Program-made: the position numbers and the translations under genes
Assembly (NCBI GenBank): GCA_963815505.1
Contig: CAWFGU010000021.1
Coordinates: 8,676-72,675 of the forward strand
Origin: Rhodothermales bacterium
Lineage (GTDB): Bacteria > Bacteroidota > Rhodothermia > Rhodothermales > BA12
Length of the DNA stretch: 64,000 bases
Direction of reading: 5' to 3'
In this document: positions 1 through 8,897 of the stretch, piece after piece
Numbering within the stretch: position 1 is the stretch's first letter
Layout of the letters: every line of letters starts with the position of its first letter
Notes under the pieces: model-generated
Database searches by the model: none
The model's input: only the letters and a program-made list of their open reading frames with translations
What the model was told of the DNA's origin: nothing

Positions 1-135
1 CTCGTCCGACCGCACGACCGCACGCGGAATCCGCCCCACTCGTTCGGCACGCGCCACCACGCACAGCAGACCGTCGAACGTGCCATCGTAGGCAACATCG
101 CCGCCAAGCGCTGGCTCCTGATATAGCCGGGTCAC
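1..135 (-). CDS. N-terminal 45 codons of a TIGR03915-type 'probable DNA metabolism protein' (partner of the radical SAM gene); runs off the window
   Basis: GTG at 135-133 overlaps the TGA of the upstream gene (GTGA). Translation VTRLYQEPALGGDVAYDGTFDGLLCVVARAERVGRIP carries the YDG(S/T)F(D/E)GLL N-terminal signature I associate with this family. Truncated, so absent from the ORF track. Confidence 0.5.
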   Translation of the reverse strand, partial: MTRLYQEPALGGDVAYDGTFDGLLCVVARAERVGRIPRAVVRSDE

Positions 136-1466
136 GCCGCCAACGCCAGCGCGCTTGGCTTGTCCGATACCGACGAGCGCTGCGGAGGTCGACCCGCTGC
201 GGCAGCGAACAGATCGAGTTGCGGCACAGCGTCCCGCTTCCGCGACGGCGCGATCAGACGCAGGCGCACCTGGTTCGGATCGTGCTCGAGCAAACGCGGT
301 CGGTGCTCGCCGACGGTCAGGAAGTATTGCGCCCGCTTCATCACGACGCCCATCTTTTTGAGATGCTCCCACCGCAGCGCCTGGTGCCGCCGCGCCGCCA
401 CGATGCGCTGCGCCGAGCGCACGCCGACGCCCGGAATGCGGAGGATGAGCGCATAATCCGCCGTGTTCACGTCGACGGGAAACAGCCACGGATTGCGCAG
501 CGCGTACCCGGCCTTTGGATCGACACCCACGTCCAGATCCGGCTCCTCGTCGGTCACGATCTCGTCGACTTCGAAGCCGTAGAAGCGCAGCAGCCAATCG
601 GCCTGGTAGAGCCGGTGCTCGCGCACGAGCGGTGCTTTGCGCTCCTGCGGTACGCGCGGGTCGGGCGAGATGGGCACGAAGCCCGAGTAGTAGACGCGTT
701 TGAGCTTCTGATCGGAGTAGAGATCGCCCGCGAGTTTGAGCACCTGGCGGTCGCTCTCTGGCGTCGCGCCGACGACGAGCTGGGTCGTCTGGCCTGCCGG
801 GGCGAACAGTTGAGGCGTCTTGCGCAGCGGCGTACGGCGTGCCGTCCGGACGTCGTCTCGGTGCGACTGGATGCCGTCGCGCAGGCTGTTCATCGGGTCG
901 AACGCACTCTTGTAGTCTTTGTCCGGCGCGACCGTCTTGAGGCCCTGCTCGCTGGGTATTTCGAGGTTGACGCTCAGCCGGTCGGCGTAGCGCGCGGCCT
1001 GGGCGACCAGCTCGTCCGACGCTCCGGGAATGATCTTGAGATGGATGTATCCGTTGAACTGATGCACCTCGCGCAGGTCCTTGGCGACGCGCACCAGCCG
1101 CTCGGTCGTCGTGTCGGCGTCCTTGAAGATGCCCGACGACAGAAACAGCCCTTCGATGTAGTTACGCCTGTAGAAATCCATCGTCAGTTCGACGACCTCC
1201 TCGACCGTGAAGGCGACACGCGTCACGTCGTTCGAGCGTCGGCTGACACAGTAGGCGCAGTCGTAGATGCAAACGTTGGTAAACAGGATCTTGAGCAGCG
1301 ACACGCACCGCCCGTCCTGAGTGTAGCTGTGGCAGATGCCGTTGCCGGTCGCGTCGCCGACGCCGGTTTTGCTGTTGCTGCGCTTGCTCCCCGACGACGA
1401 GCACGACACGTCGTACTTGGCCGCATCGGCGAGGATTTCGAGCTTTTCGATGACCTGTCGGCGCAT
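132..1466 (-). CDS. Putative DNA modification/repair radical SAM protein (TIGR03916-like)
   Basis: The real start is the internal ATG at 1466 (MRRQVIEKLEILADAAKYDVSCSSSG). The upstream 132 codons of the tracked ORF are Arg-rich read-in. Radical SAM cluster motif CIYDCAYC; C-terminal helix-hairpin-helix-like ILRIPGVGVRSAQRIVAARR. Confidence 0.85.
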   Translation of the reverse strand: MRRQVIEKLEILADAAKYDVSCSSSGSKRSNSKTGVGDATGNGICHSYTQDGRCVSLLKILFTNVCIYDCAYCVSRRSNDVTRVAFTVEEVVELTMDFYRRNYIEGLFLSSGIFKDADTTTERLVRVAKDLREVHQFNGYIHLKIIPGASDELVAQAARYADRLSVNLEIPSEQGLKTVAPDKDYKSAFDPMNSLRDGIQSHRDDVRTARRTPLRKTPQLFAPAGQTTQLVVGATPESDRQVLKLAGDLYSDQKLKRVYYSGFVPISPDPRVPQERKAPLVREHRLYQADWLLRFYGFEVDEIVTDEEPDLDVGVDPKAGYALRNPWLFPVDVNTADYALILRIPGVGVRSAQRIVAARRHQALRWEHLKKMGVVMKRAQYFLTVGEHRPRLLEHDPNQVRLRLIAPSRKRDAVPQLDLFAAAAGRPPQRSSVSDKPSALALAA

Positions 1467-1540
1467 GAATCGGGCGGAGTGGTGGGAATACTCGGCCAAT
1501 GTACATACGCATGTGTGACAACCCTGCGACACCCAGGTTT

Positions 1541-4500
1541 CTACGTCGACACCCCGCCTCCGTGCGGCTCCATTCGGCTCAGCGCGCTCGCCAGATCCGA
1601 GGCGGTGCAGGGTTTGGAAACGTAGTCGTCCATGCCCGAGGCGAGGTAGCGCTCCCGGTCGCCGACGATGGCGTTGGCCGTCAGCGCGACGATCCATGGC
1701 TGGGCGTCGTGGGGAACGGTGGCGTGGATGGTCCGGGCGGCTTCGAGGCCGTCCATATAGGGCATCCGCACGTCCATGAACACCACGTCGTAGGCGCAGG
1801 CCTGGCACGCATCGACGGCTTCCTCCCCGTTGGACACGATATCGGGTTCGATGCCCAACCACTGCAGCGAACGGAGGGCGACGGCCTGGTTGACCGGATC
1901 GTCTTCGGCGACGAGCACCTGCAGGCCTGAGAAGTCGGGCCGGGCCGACGGTGGCGCGGGCGGACGTTCAGTTCGTGAGGCAAGCGGCACGTCGATAACC
2001 GCCGTCGGGATGGAGAAGCCGAACGTCGAGCCGAGGCCGAGTTGGCTCTCGACCGACACGCTGCCGTCCATGAGTTCGGCCAGCCGCTTGGTGATGGCTA
2101 GGCCCAGTCCGGTCCCGCCGTACCGGTGCGCCGTGTTGGCCCCCAACTGATCGAACTCGGTAAACAAACGCGACAGTTTGTCCTCGGCGATGCCGATGCC
2201 GGTGTCCGAGACGGACAGGTGGAGGCGCGGTTGCAGCCCGGACACATCGACGTGCACGCGCAGGGTTACCGTTCCCTCGTGGGTGAACTTGGCCGCGTTG
2301 GAGAGCAGGTTGAGCACCATCTGTCGGATCCGGTGGGCGTCGCCGATGACGCGGTGGGGCAGCGCTTCGGCTCCTTCGATGCGAATCGTCGTGCCCTGCT
2401 TGTCGGCTTTGGGTTGCACCACGTCGACGCACTGCGTCAGCAATGCGCCCAGGTCGAACGGCCCGGCATCGATGTCGAGTTCGCCCGCTTCGACCTTGGA
2501 GAAATCGAGGATGTCGTTGATGAGCGACAGTAAACTTTCGGCCGACGAGCGGATAACGCGCAGGTACTCGGACTGCTCGCGGTCCAGATCGGTCGTCTCG
2601 AGCAGCTGCCCCATGCCGATGACACCGTTCATGGGCGTGCGGATTTCGTGGCTCATGTTGGCGAGGAACGCACTCTTGGCGCGGTCGGCGTCCTCGGCAC
2701 GACAGCGAGCGACGCGCAACTGCTCCATCGCTTCGACGCGGTGGGACACGTCGCGCGAGACACTCTGAATCTCGACTACGACCTCGTCGACCACGACCGG
2801 TTCGGCGTCGGTCTCGAACCAGATGTAGCTGCCATCCTTGCAGCGCATCCGATAGGTGCGGAGTAGGTCGCCCTCGACGATGCGTTTGGGCAGCGTAGCG
2901 GCGCGCGAGTCGGTGTCCTCGTTCAGGTCGTCCGGGTGAATCAAGGCGTAGGGCGAGGTGCCGACCAGTTCGTCCGGTGCATAACCCAGCAGGCGCTCGA
3001 CCGATGGGCTGAGCCAGCGGTAGGTGCCGTCGGGGCCATGCAGGCAAACCAGGTCGCGCATGTTCTCGGCCATCAGGCGAAACTTGCGCTCGCTCGCCTT
3101 CAACGCACGGTCGGCGGCGACGCGCTCGCTCACATCGCGCGAGACGGCGTGCATCTCGCACAACTCGCCCTCGGTGTCGAGGACGGGCGTAACGACGGTT
3201 TCGAGCCACACCGCGGAGCCGTCCTTGTGACGCACCTGCTGCACCAGCGCGAGAGGTTCACCTGCGCTCAGGTGCGCCATGCGGTCCTCCAGTTCGTCGT
3301 GCGGATCCGCTTCTCCCGAGACGACGATCGTTTCGGCCAGCTTGCCGACCAGTTCATGGGGAGCGTAGCCCAACATCCGCTCGACCGATGGGCTGATCCA
3401 CCGGAACGTGCCGTCGTCGTTGTGCAGACAGACCAGGTCTGTCGTGTTCTCGGCCATCAGGCGAAAGTGGCGCTCGCTCTCGAGCAACTCGGCGCTGGCG
3501 CGTTCCTGTACGATCAGATTGCCGATCCATTTGGCCAGCAGGCGTACGGTTTCACGGTCCAGTTCCGAAAACGACTCGTCTCGTACCCGCTCCGCCACGA
3601 AGCAAAGTGACCCGAACAACTGATCATCGACCGAGATAGGGGCGCCGATATAGCAGCCGTATGGGCACGATTCGAACCGAGGCTCTGCGCCGTGTTCCGA
3701 CGCCTCGAAGTCGGCAATGCTGAGCACGCCCGCCCCGCTCTCCACGAGAACGCTGCACATCGCATCGCGCAGGTTCATCGTGTCGCCGCGCGCGAGCGGG
3801 ATGTCGTCGGCCGAGTGGAAAGCCACGACCGTGTAGGTGTCGTCCTTGATCTCGGACACGAACCCATCATCGAGGCTCAGAATCTTTGCCGCGTACCTGA
3901 GTGCCCGTTCGATGCGCTCGTGAGCCTGCACGTCGGCGTTGCCAACGGTCAGATCGTAGAGCGCACGCATCCGGCGCTGCTGCTCGACGGTACCGTTCTC
4001 ACGCTGCTTCGCGCCGCGCAGGTCGCGTACGAGCAGCGCATGATGGCCGTCGTCCAGTTCGCGGGCTTCGAGGGAGACGGGGACCGGCGTGCCGTCGCAG
4101 TGGAGCGCATCGACCTCGCACGCCTTTGCGGTGCACGCGAACAGGCAGGCGCGCACGTCATCGCGGGCATCTTCGCCGAAAAGAACGTCGACCGCCGACT
4201 CGCCGATCAGGTCACCTGCTGCGTAGCCCAACATGCGCCTGATGGCCGGATTCGCTTCCACCACGACGCCGCTGCGGTGCAGGATCACACCTTGGCTGAC
4301 CGCCCCGGTGGCCATGCCGAGGCGTTCGAGCGCCAGATCCGTGGCCGCTCGGCTGTCGGTGAGCGCCTGTTCGAGGCGCCGAACCTGGGCGCGGTCGGTC
4401 CGCATCACCCACCCGATGCCCGACGCCAGCAGCGCCGTCAGCACAGCCACCGCCCACACGAGCGGCTCCGCTCCTTCGCCGAGGAACGGAAGGCCGATCA

Positions 4501-4549
4501 GAAGATCGACGGGAAGAAAGGAAAGGGCTTTCGTAGGCAGTTGACTCAT
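1541..4549 (-). CDS. Hybrid sensor histidine kinase/response regulator (TM, PAS, GAF, 2 x PAS, HisKA, HATPase, REC)
   Basis: H-box FLANMSHEIRTPMNGVIGM, G-boxes DTGIGI and GGTGLGLAI. C-terminal receiver VLVAEDDPVNQ...DVVFMDVRMPYMDG...KP. N-terminal hydrophobic segment. Confidence 0.9.
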   Translation of the reverse strand: MSQLPTKALSFLPVDLLIGLPFLGEGAEPLVWAVAVLTALLASGIGWVMRTDRAQVRRLEQALTDSRAATDLALERLGMATGAVSQGVILHRSGVVVEANPAIRRMLGYAAGDLIGESAVDVLFGEDARDDVRACLFACTAKACEVDALHCDGTPVPVSLEARELDDGHHALLVRDLRGAKQRENGTVEQQRRMRALYDLTVGNADVQAHERIERALRYAAKILSLDDGFVSEIKDDTYTVVAFHSADDIPLARGDTMNLRDAMCSVLVESGAGVLSIADFEASEHGAEPRFESCPYGCYIGAPISVDDQLFGSLCFVAERVRDESFSELDRETVRLLAKWIGNLIVQERASAELLESERHFRLMAENTTDLVCLHNDDGTFRWISPSVERMLGYAPHELVGKLAETIVVSGEADPHDELEDRMAHLSAGEPLALVQQVRHKDGSAVWLETVVTPVLDTEGELCEMHAVSRDVSERVAADRALKASERKFRLMAENMRDLVCLHGPDGTYRWLSPSVERLLGYAPDELVGTSPYALIHPDDLNEDTDSRAATLPKRIVEGDLLRTYRMRCKDGSYIWFETDAEPVVVDEVVVEIQSVSRDVSHRVEAMEQLRVARCRAEDADRAKSAFLANMSHEIRTPMNGVIGMGQLLETTDLDREQSEYLRVIRSSAESLLSLINDILDFSKVEAGELDIDAGPFDLGALLTQCVDVVQPKADKQGTTIRIEGAEALPHRVIGDAHRIRQMVLNLLSNAAKFTHEGTVTLRVHVDVSGLQPRLHLSVSDTGIGIAEDKLSRLFTEFDQLGANTAHRYGGTGLGLAITKRLAELMDGSVSVESQLGLGSTFGFSIPTAVIDVPLASRTERPPAPPSARPDFSGLQVLVAEDDPVNQAVALRSLQWLGIEPDIVSNGEEAVDACQACAYDVVFMDVRMPYMDGLEAARTIHATVPHDAQPWIVALTANAIVGDRERYLASGMDDYVSKPCTASDLASALSRMEPHGGGVST
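2732..3466. repeat. Internal tandem duplication of a PAS module inside the hybrid kinase (period 384 nt / 128 aa)
   Basis: FRLMAENTTDLVCLHNDDGTFRWISPSVERMLGYAPHELVG (residue 362 on) versus FRLMAENMRDLVCLHGPDGTYRWLSPSVERLLGYAPDELVG (residue 490 on). Antisense shadow ORFs 3024..3230 and 3408..3623 mirror the same duplication. Confidence 0.85.
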
Positions 4550-4635
4550 GTCCTCGAGAGGGGTCGGTGCCTCGCGGATATCGGCGGGGCACCGAGACGA
4601 GTTAAGCGCTTTCTCCGATTCGCCCGCTGCGAGCG

Positions 4636-4665
4636 GACTCGAAGCTGCCTGACTCGAAGCTGCCT
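4636..4665. repeat. Perfect 15-bp tandem direct repeat (GACTCGAAGCTGCCT x2) in the divergent kinase/ispE intergenic region
   Basis: Read directly: 4636-4650 is identical to 4651-4665. Confidence 0.9.
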
Positions 4666-4719
4666 GGAGACGCCAGATGCGCGGCGCAGTAGCTTTGGTT
4701 CGTACCGATTCTCGCTGCC

Positions 4720-5583
4720 ATGCCCCCCTCCTTGCGCCGAAGCGCTCCTGCCAAACTCAACCTCGGCTTGCACGTGCTCCGCTTGCGCGCTGACGGCTAC
4801 CGCGACATCGAGACGATCTTTTTGCCCATCGCGTGGCACGATACGATCACGGTCACCCCATCGGACGCGCTGACGCTCTCGTGCTCCGACCCCAACCTGC
4901 CGACCGACGAGCGCAACCTCGTCCTGCGCGCCGCGCTACGCCTCAGCGACGTGCTGGGCGGCAGCCGAGGCGCTCGCCTGCACCTCGACAAGCACCTGCC
5001 CTACGGCGCCGGACTGGGAAGCGGATCGTCGGACGCGGCGCACACGCTCCGCCTGCTCTGCACCTTGTGGGGAGTGGACCTTCCACACGCACAACTCGAA
5101 GCCCTCGCGGCTGAACTGGGCAGCGATGTGCCATTTTTCCTGGGCGACGATCCGGCCTACGCGACGGGACGGGGCGAGCAGTTGTCGATGCTTTCGGGTT
5201 CTGACGGCGAGATCTACCGATGCCCCTTCGCCCTCGTCGTTGCCACGCCGCCCCTCCACGTATCGACGGCTCGGGCCTACGCGCTGGTCGTTCCGAACGA
5301 CGAGCACCGGCCCGATCTGCGAGTCGTCGTCGGGTCTAACGATTTGGAGCGATGGCGACGCGAACTGGTCAACGACTTCGAGGCGCCCGTCTGCGCGCAC
5401 TACCCCGAACTAGGCCACGTGCGACAGGCGCTGCTCGACGCCGGAGCGGGCTACGCGGCTATGTCCGGCTCCGGCTCGTCGTTCTGGGGCGCGTTCGAGG
5501 ACTCCGCCCAGGCGCTCGCCGCCGCCCACGCGCTGAGCAAGCAGGGCATGCGCACCTGGCACGGCCTCGCCGACGCGCCGTGA
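4720..5583 (+). CDS. ispE: 4-diphosphocytidyl-2-C-methyl-D-erythritol kinase
   Basis: N-terminus APAKLNLGLHVLRLRADGYRDIETIF and GHMP-kinase motif PYGAGLGSGSSDAA. Confidence 0.9.
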   Translation: MPPSLRRSAPAKLNLGLHVLRLRADGYRDIETIFLPIAWHDTITVTPSDALTLSCSDPNLPTDERNLVLRAALRLSDVLGGSRGARLHLDKHLPYGAGLGSGSSDAAHTLRLLCTLWGVDLPHAQLEALAAELGSDVPFFLGDDPAYATGRGEQLSMLSGSDGEIYRCPFALVVATPPLHVSTARAYALVVPNDEHRPDLRVVVGSNDLERWRRELVNDFEAPVCAHYPELGHVRQALLDAGAGYAAMSGSGSSFWGAFEDSAQALAAAHALSKQGMRTWHGLADAP

Positions 5584-5587
5584 ACGT

Positions 5588-6079
5588 ATGCCCACATCCG
5601 CCGCGCTCGGCCAGACGAAGCCGACTGGCTGACCGCAATCGCCCTGGCTTCCAAACGCTACTGGCAGTATCCCGAAGCGTGGATCGAAGCGTGGCGCAGC
5701 AGCCTGACGTTCACCGCTGCATTCGTTTCCGAGGACGCCGTCTACGCCGACGCTGGTGCAGACGGCGTGCCCATCGCGTGCTATGCTCTGGTCGAAAAAG
5801 GCGACGCGCTCCAACTCGACCACTTGTGGGTCGCCCCATCACACATCGGATGTGGAACTGGGACAGCGTTTGCTCGACCACGCGGCCGAGGCGTCGTCGG
5901 CAGCCGGAGCGACGCACCTGCTCGCCGACTCGGATCCCAGCGCCGAAGCGTTTTACCTGCGGATGGGTGCCCGCTGCGTCGGGACGCTTCGCGCGGACGT
6001 GTGCGGGGCGCATGGCGAGTTGCCGTGTCTGCACTTCGACTTGAGGCGACGCGCCAGTGCCTGCCGATCCGTCACGTGA
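5588..6079 (+). CDS. GNAT family N-acetyltransferase, reading frame broken twice (about 5590 and about 5856)
   Basis: The ATG at 5588 is in one frame. IRRARPDEADWLTAIALASKRYW...LQLDHLWVAPSHIGCG is in a second frame with no start codon. LGQRLLDHAAEASSAAGATHLLADSDPSAEAFYLRMGA is back in the first frame. The joined text gives a normal GNAT motif A. Confidence 0.65.
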
Positions 6080-6186
6080 CCATCCATCGGCACCGGGTTT
6101 GCACATGACGTGTTGCATGTCGGCTGCATCCTTCCGGCCCGATCGCCGGTACACGGCATTCGCTCTCTCTTCCGCACATTCGCCTG

Positions 6187-7137
6187 ATGGCTCTGAAAGA
6201 CTACTATTCTGTTCTCGGCGTGGCGCCGACGGCTGACGAAGCCGCGATCAAGAAGGCGCACCGCAAGCTCGCCCGCGACTACCATCCCGATCGCAACCCC
6301 GACGACCCGTCGGCAGAAGAGCGGTTCAAGGAGGTGCAGGAGGCCTACGACACGCTAGGCGATGCCAAAACGCGCCGCACCTACGACGCGCGTCGCAGCA
6401 ATCCGTTTGCCGGTACCAACGGCCAGCCCGGCAGTCCGTACGACGATCTGTTCACGGGCTCGGGAAACCGCTACCGCGCCAACCGCGACGGCTCCTACGT
6501 CCGCTACGACACAAACGGCGGCGGCGGCGGCTTCGATCAGTCCCCCTTCGACGATTCGTCCGACTTGTTCAGCCGGTTCTTCGGCGGAGGCGCGGCATCG
6601 GCGCGGGGGCCGCGCACGTCACCGGGGCGTGACGCGGAAACGTCGATCTCGCTCTCGTTCGAGGAGGGACTCAACGGTGCGTCCAAAGAGTTCACCGTCA
6701 ACGGCGAACCCATCCGCCTTACCATACCCAAGGGCGCGTCGAACGGCATGAAGATCCGCGTCAAGGGGCGCGGAATAGCCGGAACCGACGGTACACGCGG
6801 CGACCTCTACGTAACCTTCCACGTGGCCGACGACTCTAGATTCCGCCGCGACGGCAACGACCTGCACGTGACCGAGACCGTCGACGCGTTCGAAGCCATG
6901 CTCGGCACCAGCCGCACGCTCGCGACCGCCTACGGCGACCGCATCCGCATCACGATTCCGCCCGGAAGCCAGAACGGCGATAAGCTGCGCGTGCGCGGAA
7001 AAGGGGTCGTCCGTTCCAAGAAAACCGGTGACCTCTACATCACCGTCGCCGTCGAAACGCCGCGCCTTTCCGAACAGCAGCGCGATGTCCTTCGAGAAGC
7101 CGCCAAGGAAGCCGGGATTGCAGTTCCGGACGCGTGA
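6187..7137 (+). CDS. cbpA: J-domain co-chaperone without zinc finger (CbpA-like curved DNA-binding protein)
   Basis: DYYSVLGV...HRKLARDYHPDRNP J-domain, a G/F-rich linker, C-terminal DnaJ_C repeats, and no CxxCxGxG motifs. Confidence 0.8.
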   Translation: MALKDYYSVLGVAPTADEAAIKKAHRKLARDYHPDRNPDDPSAEERFKEVQEAYDTLGDAKTRRTYDARRSNPFAGTNGQPGSPYDDLFTGSGNRYRANRDGSYVRYDTNGGGGGFDQSPFDDSSDLFSRFFGGGAASARGPRTSPGRDAETSISLSFEEGLNGASKEFTVNGEPIRLTIPKGASNGMKIRVKGRGIAGTDGTRGDLYVTFHVADDSRFRRDGNDLHVTETVDAFEAMLGTSRTLATAYGDRIRITIPPGSQNGDKLRVRGKGVVRSKKTGDLYITVAVETPRLSEQQRDVLREAAKEAGIAVPDA

Positions 7138-7169
7138 CCCACAAGCCGACGATCCGCATGCGCAACCGC

Positions 7170-7937
7170 TTACCGCGCTTGCCGACCGAACGTCAGGCTG
7201 ATGAAGGGCGAGACAAACGTCCGTTCCGCAGCGCGGCGCACGTCGGCTTCGAGCAAGCGTACTCCGGTGGGGAAGTAGTCGCCCGATACGCCGATGCGCA
7301 GCCCCTGCACGCGCGTGTCCGTCCCGAAATCGGCTCCCAGCGACAGTTCGCCCCCCAGGCCGATGATCATCCTCCCGCGCGACAGACTTTCGAGTGACGA
7401 AAACGTCCGATCGCCTTCAGGCCGTCCAGCGCACTCGATGCCCGGTGTAATGCGCCCGTCGCCATTGCAATCGTCGAAGTAGGGCGAGCGCCACGCCAGC
7501 GTCGGCCCAATCGTTGCGCCGACGAAAGGCCGGAAGTTGGACGCGATCTCGCGCCGAAACAGCCGACGCTGGCCGCCCAGTTGCATCGGCAGCACGAGCA
7601 GGTAGCTCAGCTTTTCGGGAATCGTGACGCCGCCCAGCCCGAAGAATTTGCTTTCGCGCTCGTCGGTCACGTTCGACAGGTGGAGAACGGCGACGATGGA
7701 CCAGTCGGGCGTCGCGCGCAGCCACGCATAGGTGCCCAGCCCGAACCCTGACTCCGACACGCGCACTCTACCGCCCCATCCCGCCGCATAGGTGTCGGCC
7801 GAATCCGGCGCCAAGTCGACCAGTGGCGGCGTTCCTAGCGGCCGCGGCACGAGTGTCGTGTCCTGCGCGTGGGCGCGCAGGCTGAGCAGCAGAGCGAGCA
7901 GCATCAGGCCGAGCATAGGGATCGTCCGTCGGATCAT
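7170..7937 (-). CDS. Hypothetical secreted / outer-membrane beta-barrel-like protein
   Basis: Internal ATG at 7937 gives signal peptide MIRRTIPMLGLMLLALLLSLRAHAQ. Alternating-hydrophobicity C-terminus ending ...FISLTFGRQAR. No family recognised. Confidence 0.45.
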   Translation of the reverse strand: MIRRTIPMLGLMLLALLLSLRAHAQDTTLVPRPLGTPPLVDLAPDSADTYAAGWGGRVRVSESGFGLGTYAWLRATPDWSIVAVLHLSNVTDERESKFFGLGGVTIPEKLSYLLVLPMQLGGQRRLFRREIASNFRPFVGATIGPTLAWRSPYFDDCNGDGRITPGIECAGRPEGDRTFSSLESLSRGRMIIGLGGELSLGADFGTDTRVQGLRIGVSGDYFPTGVRLLEADVRRAAERTFVSPFISLTFGRQAR

Positions 7938-8029
7938 GGCCGAAGAGTACGGACACGCACACCCCACGGCGCAACCGCACCCGAGCGGACGGCGTATTTA
8001 AGCCACTCCTCGCTATCTCGCCGCTGCCC

Positions 8030-8863
8030 ATGCGCCTTCTCGCTACTGCCGTCCTACTCACCCTTATCGGCTGTACGTCGCCCGATGCCGAAACCGCCTC
8101 GTCGCGGCTCGTCGTCGATCCGCTGTTCACTCCGACGCTCGAGACCGCTGCTGACACGCTCGCCTTTCGCGCCGCCTCGTTTGCCGGACAGGAAGCGTGG
8201 GAGCGGACACCTTACGTCTCCTTCCGTTTTGGACGCGCCGAGACGGCAACGGACTCCTCCTCCAGCCCTGCCTCGCGGCGCCACTTATGGAACCGCCGGA
8301 CGGGAGCGTACCGCATCGACATCCCTCGCCGCGACACGCTCTACACGGTTTTTCTCGACGTAACGCCGCCGACCGGGCAAGAGCGCTCGGGATCCGTTTA
8401 CCGCGACGGTGAGCAGCTGGGAGGCGACGAGGCGATGCAGTGGCTCGACAGCGCACACGGTATGTTCGTCAACGATACCTACTGGCTGCTCGCGCCGTTC
8501 AAACTGTTCGACCCCGGCGTCACGCGCGGACTGGATCCGTCCGAAGACACAGCGACAGAGAAAGCGCTGACGCTGGCGTTCGACGGCGTCGGACGCACAC
8601 CCGGCGATCGCTATTGGCTCTACGTCGACCGGCAGAGCGGGCGGGTCAACGGCTGGAAGTATCACCTCCAGGGTCAGCCTCAGGCGGGCGGACGCATCGA
8701 CCGGATGGGCAATCGCACGTTCGAGACCCCTAATGGCACGATCCGCATGGCGACGCGCCACGAGACCGGCGAGCGCGATCTCTACTCGGACGCCCTCTCC
8801 TTGCCCGAGTCCGTCAGCGACGACGCGTTCACCAATCCGGCTCCCGTTTCTCGCTTCAACTGA
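8030..8863 (+). CDS. Hypothetical lipoprotein
   Basis: Lipobox MRLLATAVLLTLIGC; no recognisable domain. Confidence 0.45.
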   Translation: MRLLATAVLLTLIGCTSPDAETASSRLVVDPLFTPTLETAADTLAFRAASFAGQEAWERTPYVSFRFGRAETATDSSSSPASRRHLWNRRTGAYRIDIPRRDTLYTVFLDVTPPTGQERSGSVYRDGEQLGGDEAMQWLDSAHGMFVNDTYWLLAPFKLFDPGVTRGLDPSEDTATEKALTLAFDGVGRTPGDRYWLYVDRQSGRVNGWKYHLQGQPQAGGRIDRMGNRTFETPNGTIRMATRHETGERDLYSDALSLPESVSDDAFTNPAPVSRFN

Positions 8864-8897
8864 GGCCGGACCGGATCGACGACTGTAACCCGACCGC

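Noticed and set aside
219-1625. 468-aa + strand ORF
   Set aside because: It is antisense to the well-supported radical SAM gene. Its composition is Arg/Ala/Val-rich and typical of shadow ORFs in high-G+C DNA, with no recognisable motifs. The same reasoning applies to 1968..3209(-), 3692..4873(+), 15257..16498(-), 23711..25051(-), 34452..35795(-), 45446..46732(-), 46736..47968(-), 49397..50539(-), 52217..53542(-), 57781..59256(+), 58875..60443(-) and 61339..62385(-).
5581-5600. ispE-GNAT fusion by stop-codon read-through (the GNAT N-terminus is in the ispE frame, right after its TGA, with no start codon)
   Set aside because: An ATG at 5588 followed by CCC is restored to MPHIRRARPDEADW by adding one C. 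Together with the many other single-base breaks in this window, an indel artefact is far more likely than recoding.
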